Under the pieces are notes generated by a model. That model was not told the DNA's origin. It was given only the letters and a program-made list of their open reading frames with translations, and did no database searches. A stretch of DNA of 63,028 nucleotides, the filler included, from Aduncisulcus paluster (lineage: Eukaryota): the NCBI GenBank assembly GCA_024181965.1. It is 5 parts of 5 records of this genome, joined end to end, with 100 filler letters (N's around TTAATTAATTAA, not from the genome) between each part and the next. Parts side by side here need not be neighbours in the genome. Positions count along the whole stretch, not along the records: positions 58,721 to 63,028 come from BQXS01012753.1; 4 more parts are not named here. One strand, given 5' to 3'. The translations under genes and the position numbers were made by a program. Of the stretch, positions 60,850-63,028 are shown piece by piece; positions within the stretch are counted from its first letter, which is position 1; every line of letters begins with the position of its first letter.

Positions 60850-61537
60850 TTCTGTCAAACGAGTCAATTTTTTTTTGTTTTGTTTTGTTTCTATATTCAC
60901 AATTTAATACCTACTCGCAAGGTTCTCTATTTAATTATATAATATGATTATTTAGATTTAGGATCCAATGTTAATTTATATTTTTTAATAAAATCGGATC
61001 CTCAGGATCTGATCCTCATGTCAGGATGATAGTAATATTTAAGATTATTATATCAATGATGAAAATAATATTTCGGTGAAAATGGTTTTTGGAAAATTTC
61101 AAATTAGTTAACGTTTTTCTCGATGATTGAACCTAGCTTCGTTTTTTTATTGGTGGGAAATGAATATATCTTGTAGTGTTGGATGATATTTAACCATACA
61201 ATATACATGTTTCTTGATGATATCCTATCATTTTGGTCATTTTGATTCTACTTCATTAATCGTTTATAAATTGACAATATCGATAAAATATTTTATCTTG
61301 TTTCAATTCATATGAAAATATTATTTTCATGATTCAAATTTTAATTCACTTTCTATTTCGTTCAGTTTCGGGGCAGATAACAGTTTTTTCTCAAATGAAA
61401 TTATAATTGTTGGAATTTACTTGAAGTTTATTATAATTTAGTGCAAATAGCCTCATCTAAAAGAAGAACAATAGTTTCGAGAAACCGACATGAGACTCCC
61501 TTCAATTTTGAAACATTATATTTTCACAAGGTAAAAT

Positions 61538-62050
61538 ATGCTTGGCTTTTCAATTACAGGAGTTGTTGTTGCTATTGGAGGAGTGTTGTACCCCACTATC
61601 AAGAGTCTAAAATGTATTGTCTCTGAAAAGCCTGAAGATGGAGAAGCTGCCACCAACATGCTTATTTATTGGGTTGTATTCGCATTTTTCCGCGCCGCAG
61701 AATTTGTCTTTGATAAAATTTCCTTCATCATTCCTTTCTACAGTTTAGTTAAACTCGGTTTGTTGATCTGGATGCAGTCTCCCAAGTTTGGTGGCGCTGT
61801 CATGCTTTACAAGCTAATTGTTCGTCCCATTATGCGTAAATTGAATGTCTTTGAAGAGGAAGAAGAGGAACCAAAGGTTGAGCCTAAGGTTGTACCCGAT
61901 GAGGAACACCCCGAGCCCAAGCCTGAACACCCCGAGCCCAAGCCTGAACACCCCGAACACCCCGAACACCCCGAGCACCATGAGCACCATGAGCACCATG
62001 AGCACCATGAGCACCATGAACCTAAACCTGGTGCCCCAGGCCATCACTAA
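61538..62050 (+). CDS. REEP/DP1/Yop1 (TB2/DP1/HVA22) ER-shaping protein with His/Glu/Pro repeat tail
   Basis: LYPTIKSLK, LIYWVVFAFF, IPFYSLVK...W, GAVMLY...VRP motifs. Confidence 0.9.
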   Translation: MLGFSITGVVVAIGGVLYPTIKSLKCIVSEKPEDGEAATNMLIYWVVFAFFRAAEFVFDKISFIIPFYSLVKLGLLIWMQSPKFGGAVMLYKLIVRPIMRKLNVFEEEEEEPKVEPKVVPDEEHPEPKPEHPEPKPEHPEHPEHPEHHEHHEHHEHHEHHEPKPGAPGHH

Positions 62051-62580
62051 TGATTTTTCGATATTCACTGTTATCTATTTTTGTGGACATTTTCTTGTGT
62101 TTTTTGCACCATAATTTATTTATTCACTTAATGTGATTACCATGATATTAAGTAAAAATTTAACAAAAAAAATTTGATGACTTTTCAGATGAATTTTGAT
62201 TGTTGTTAATATCCCCCAAAATTTTTTTTCAAAAATAGAATCGAGGATAGTTGATATTTATAATTTTTGTTTAAACGAATAAATTAGTCTTAGACCTGGC
62301 TTTGTCAAAGTCATCTGGTCTATCTTTGAACTTTAGAGTCATAGAAGAATATCACTCTAGACCCAATGTGTGCAATGTACATGCATAATATTTTGTCGAG
62401 GTATAAATTTATAATTATTAATATTCACTCGGCTACAACAGATTTTCTTGAATTTACTATATTAAGACATTGATAGCAAAAAAAAAATATTATTTTTTCT
62501 TAAAATCAATGAAATATGCATTATGCAACATTTTTAATCTTATAAATACAAGTGTAAACAAGCCAAGAAATTTCTATTAA

Positions 62581-63028
<448 letters not shown>

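Overview
AT-rich, gene-dense eukaryotic (protist) genomic DNA. It has few, short spliceosomal introns (5' splice site GTATGT/GTACGT, branch point CTAAT-like) and many poly-Glu/poly-Ser tracts. The gene content and a lineage-specific repeat-domain/kinase family remind me of a free-living fornicate such as Aduncisulcus; this is recall, not verified. The window is not contiguous. Four N44-TTAATTAATTAA-N44 linkers join five contigs, and several 20-N gaps are flanked by duplicated overlaps that split genes artificially. Recognisable genes include an ARID protein, UBE2J/Ubc6, tRNA-Ile(GAU), PA28, an AK9-like YHS protein, an MFS half, alpha-SNAP, DBP5, RCC1, EGF, CHY and thioredoxin proteins, a repeat-domain kinase, a PDE, REEP and alpha-tubulin, plus a degenerate RLE non-LTR retrotransposon end. 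The most interesting items are: (1) a Schlafen AlbA_2 nuclease fused to a DEAH-box RNA helicase; (2) an orphan C-terminal exon of Prp5/DDX46 with a 3' splice site but no upstream exon, a trans-splicing candidate; (3) an adjacent ~330-nt highly structured unannotated RNA; (4) a G34 tRNA-Ile; (5) an RPS29-like leader and a +1 frameshift in DBP5.
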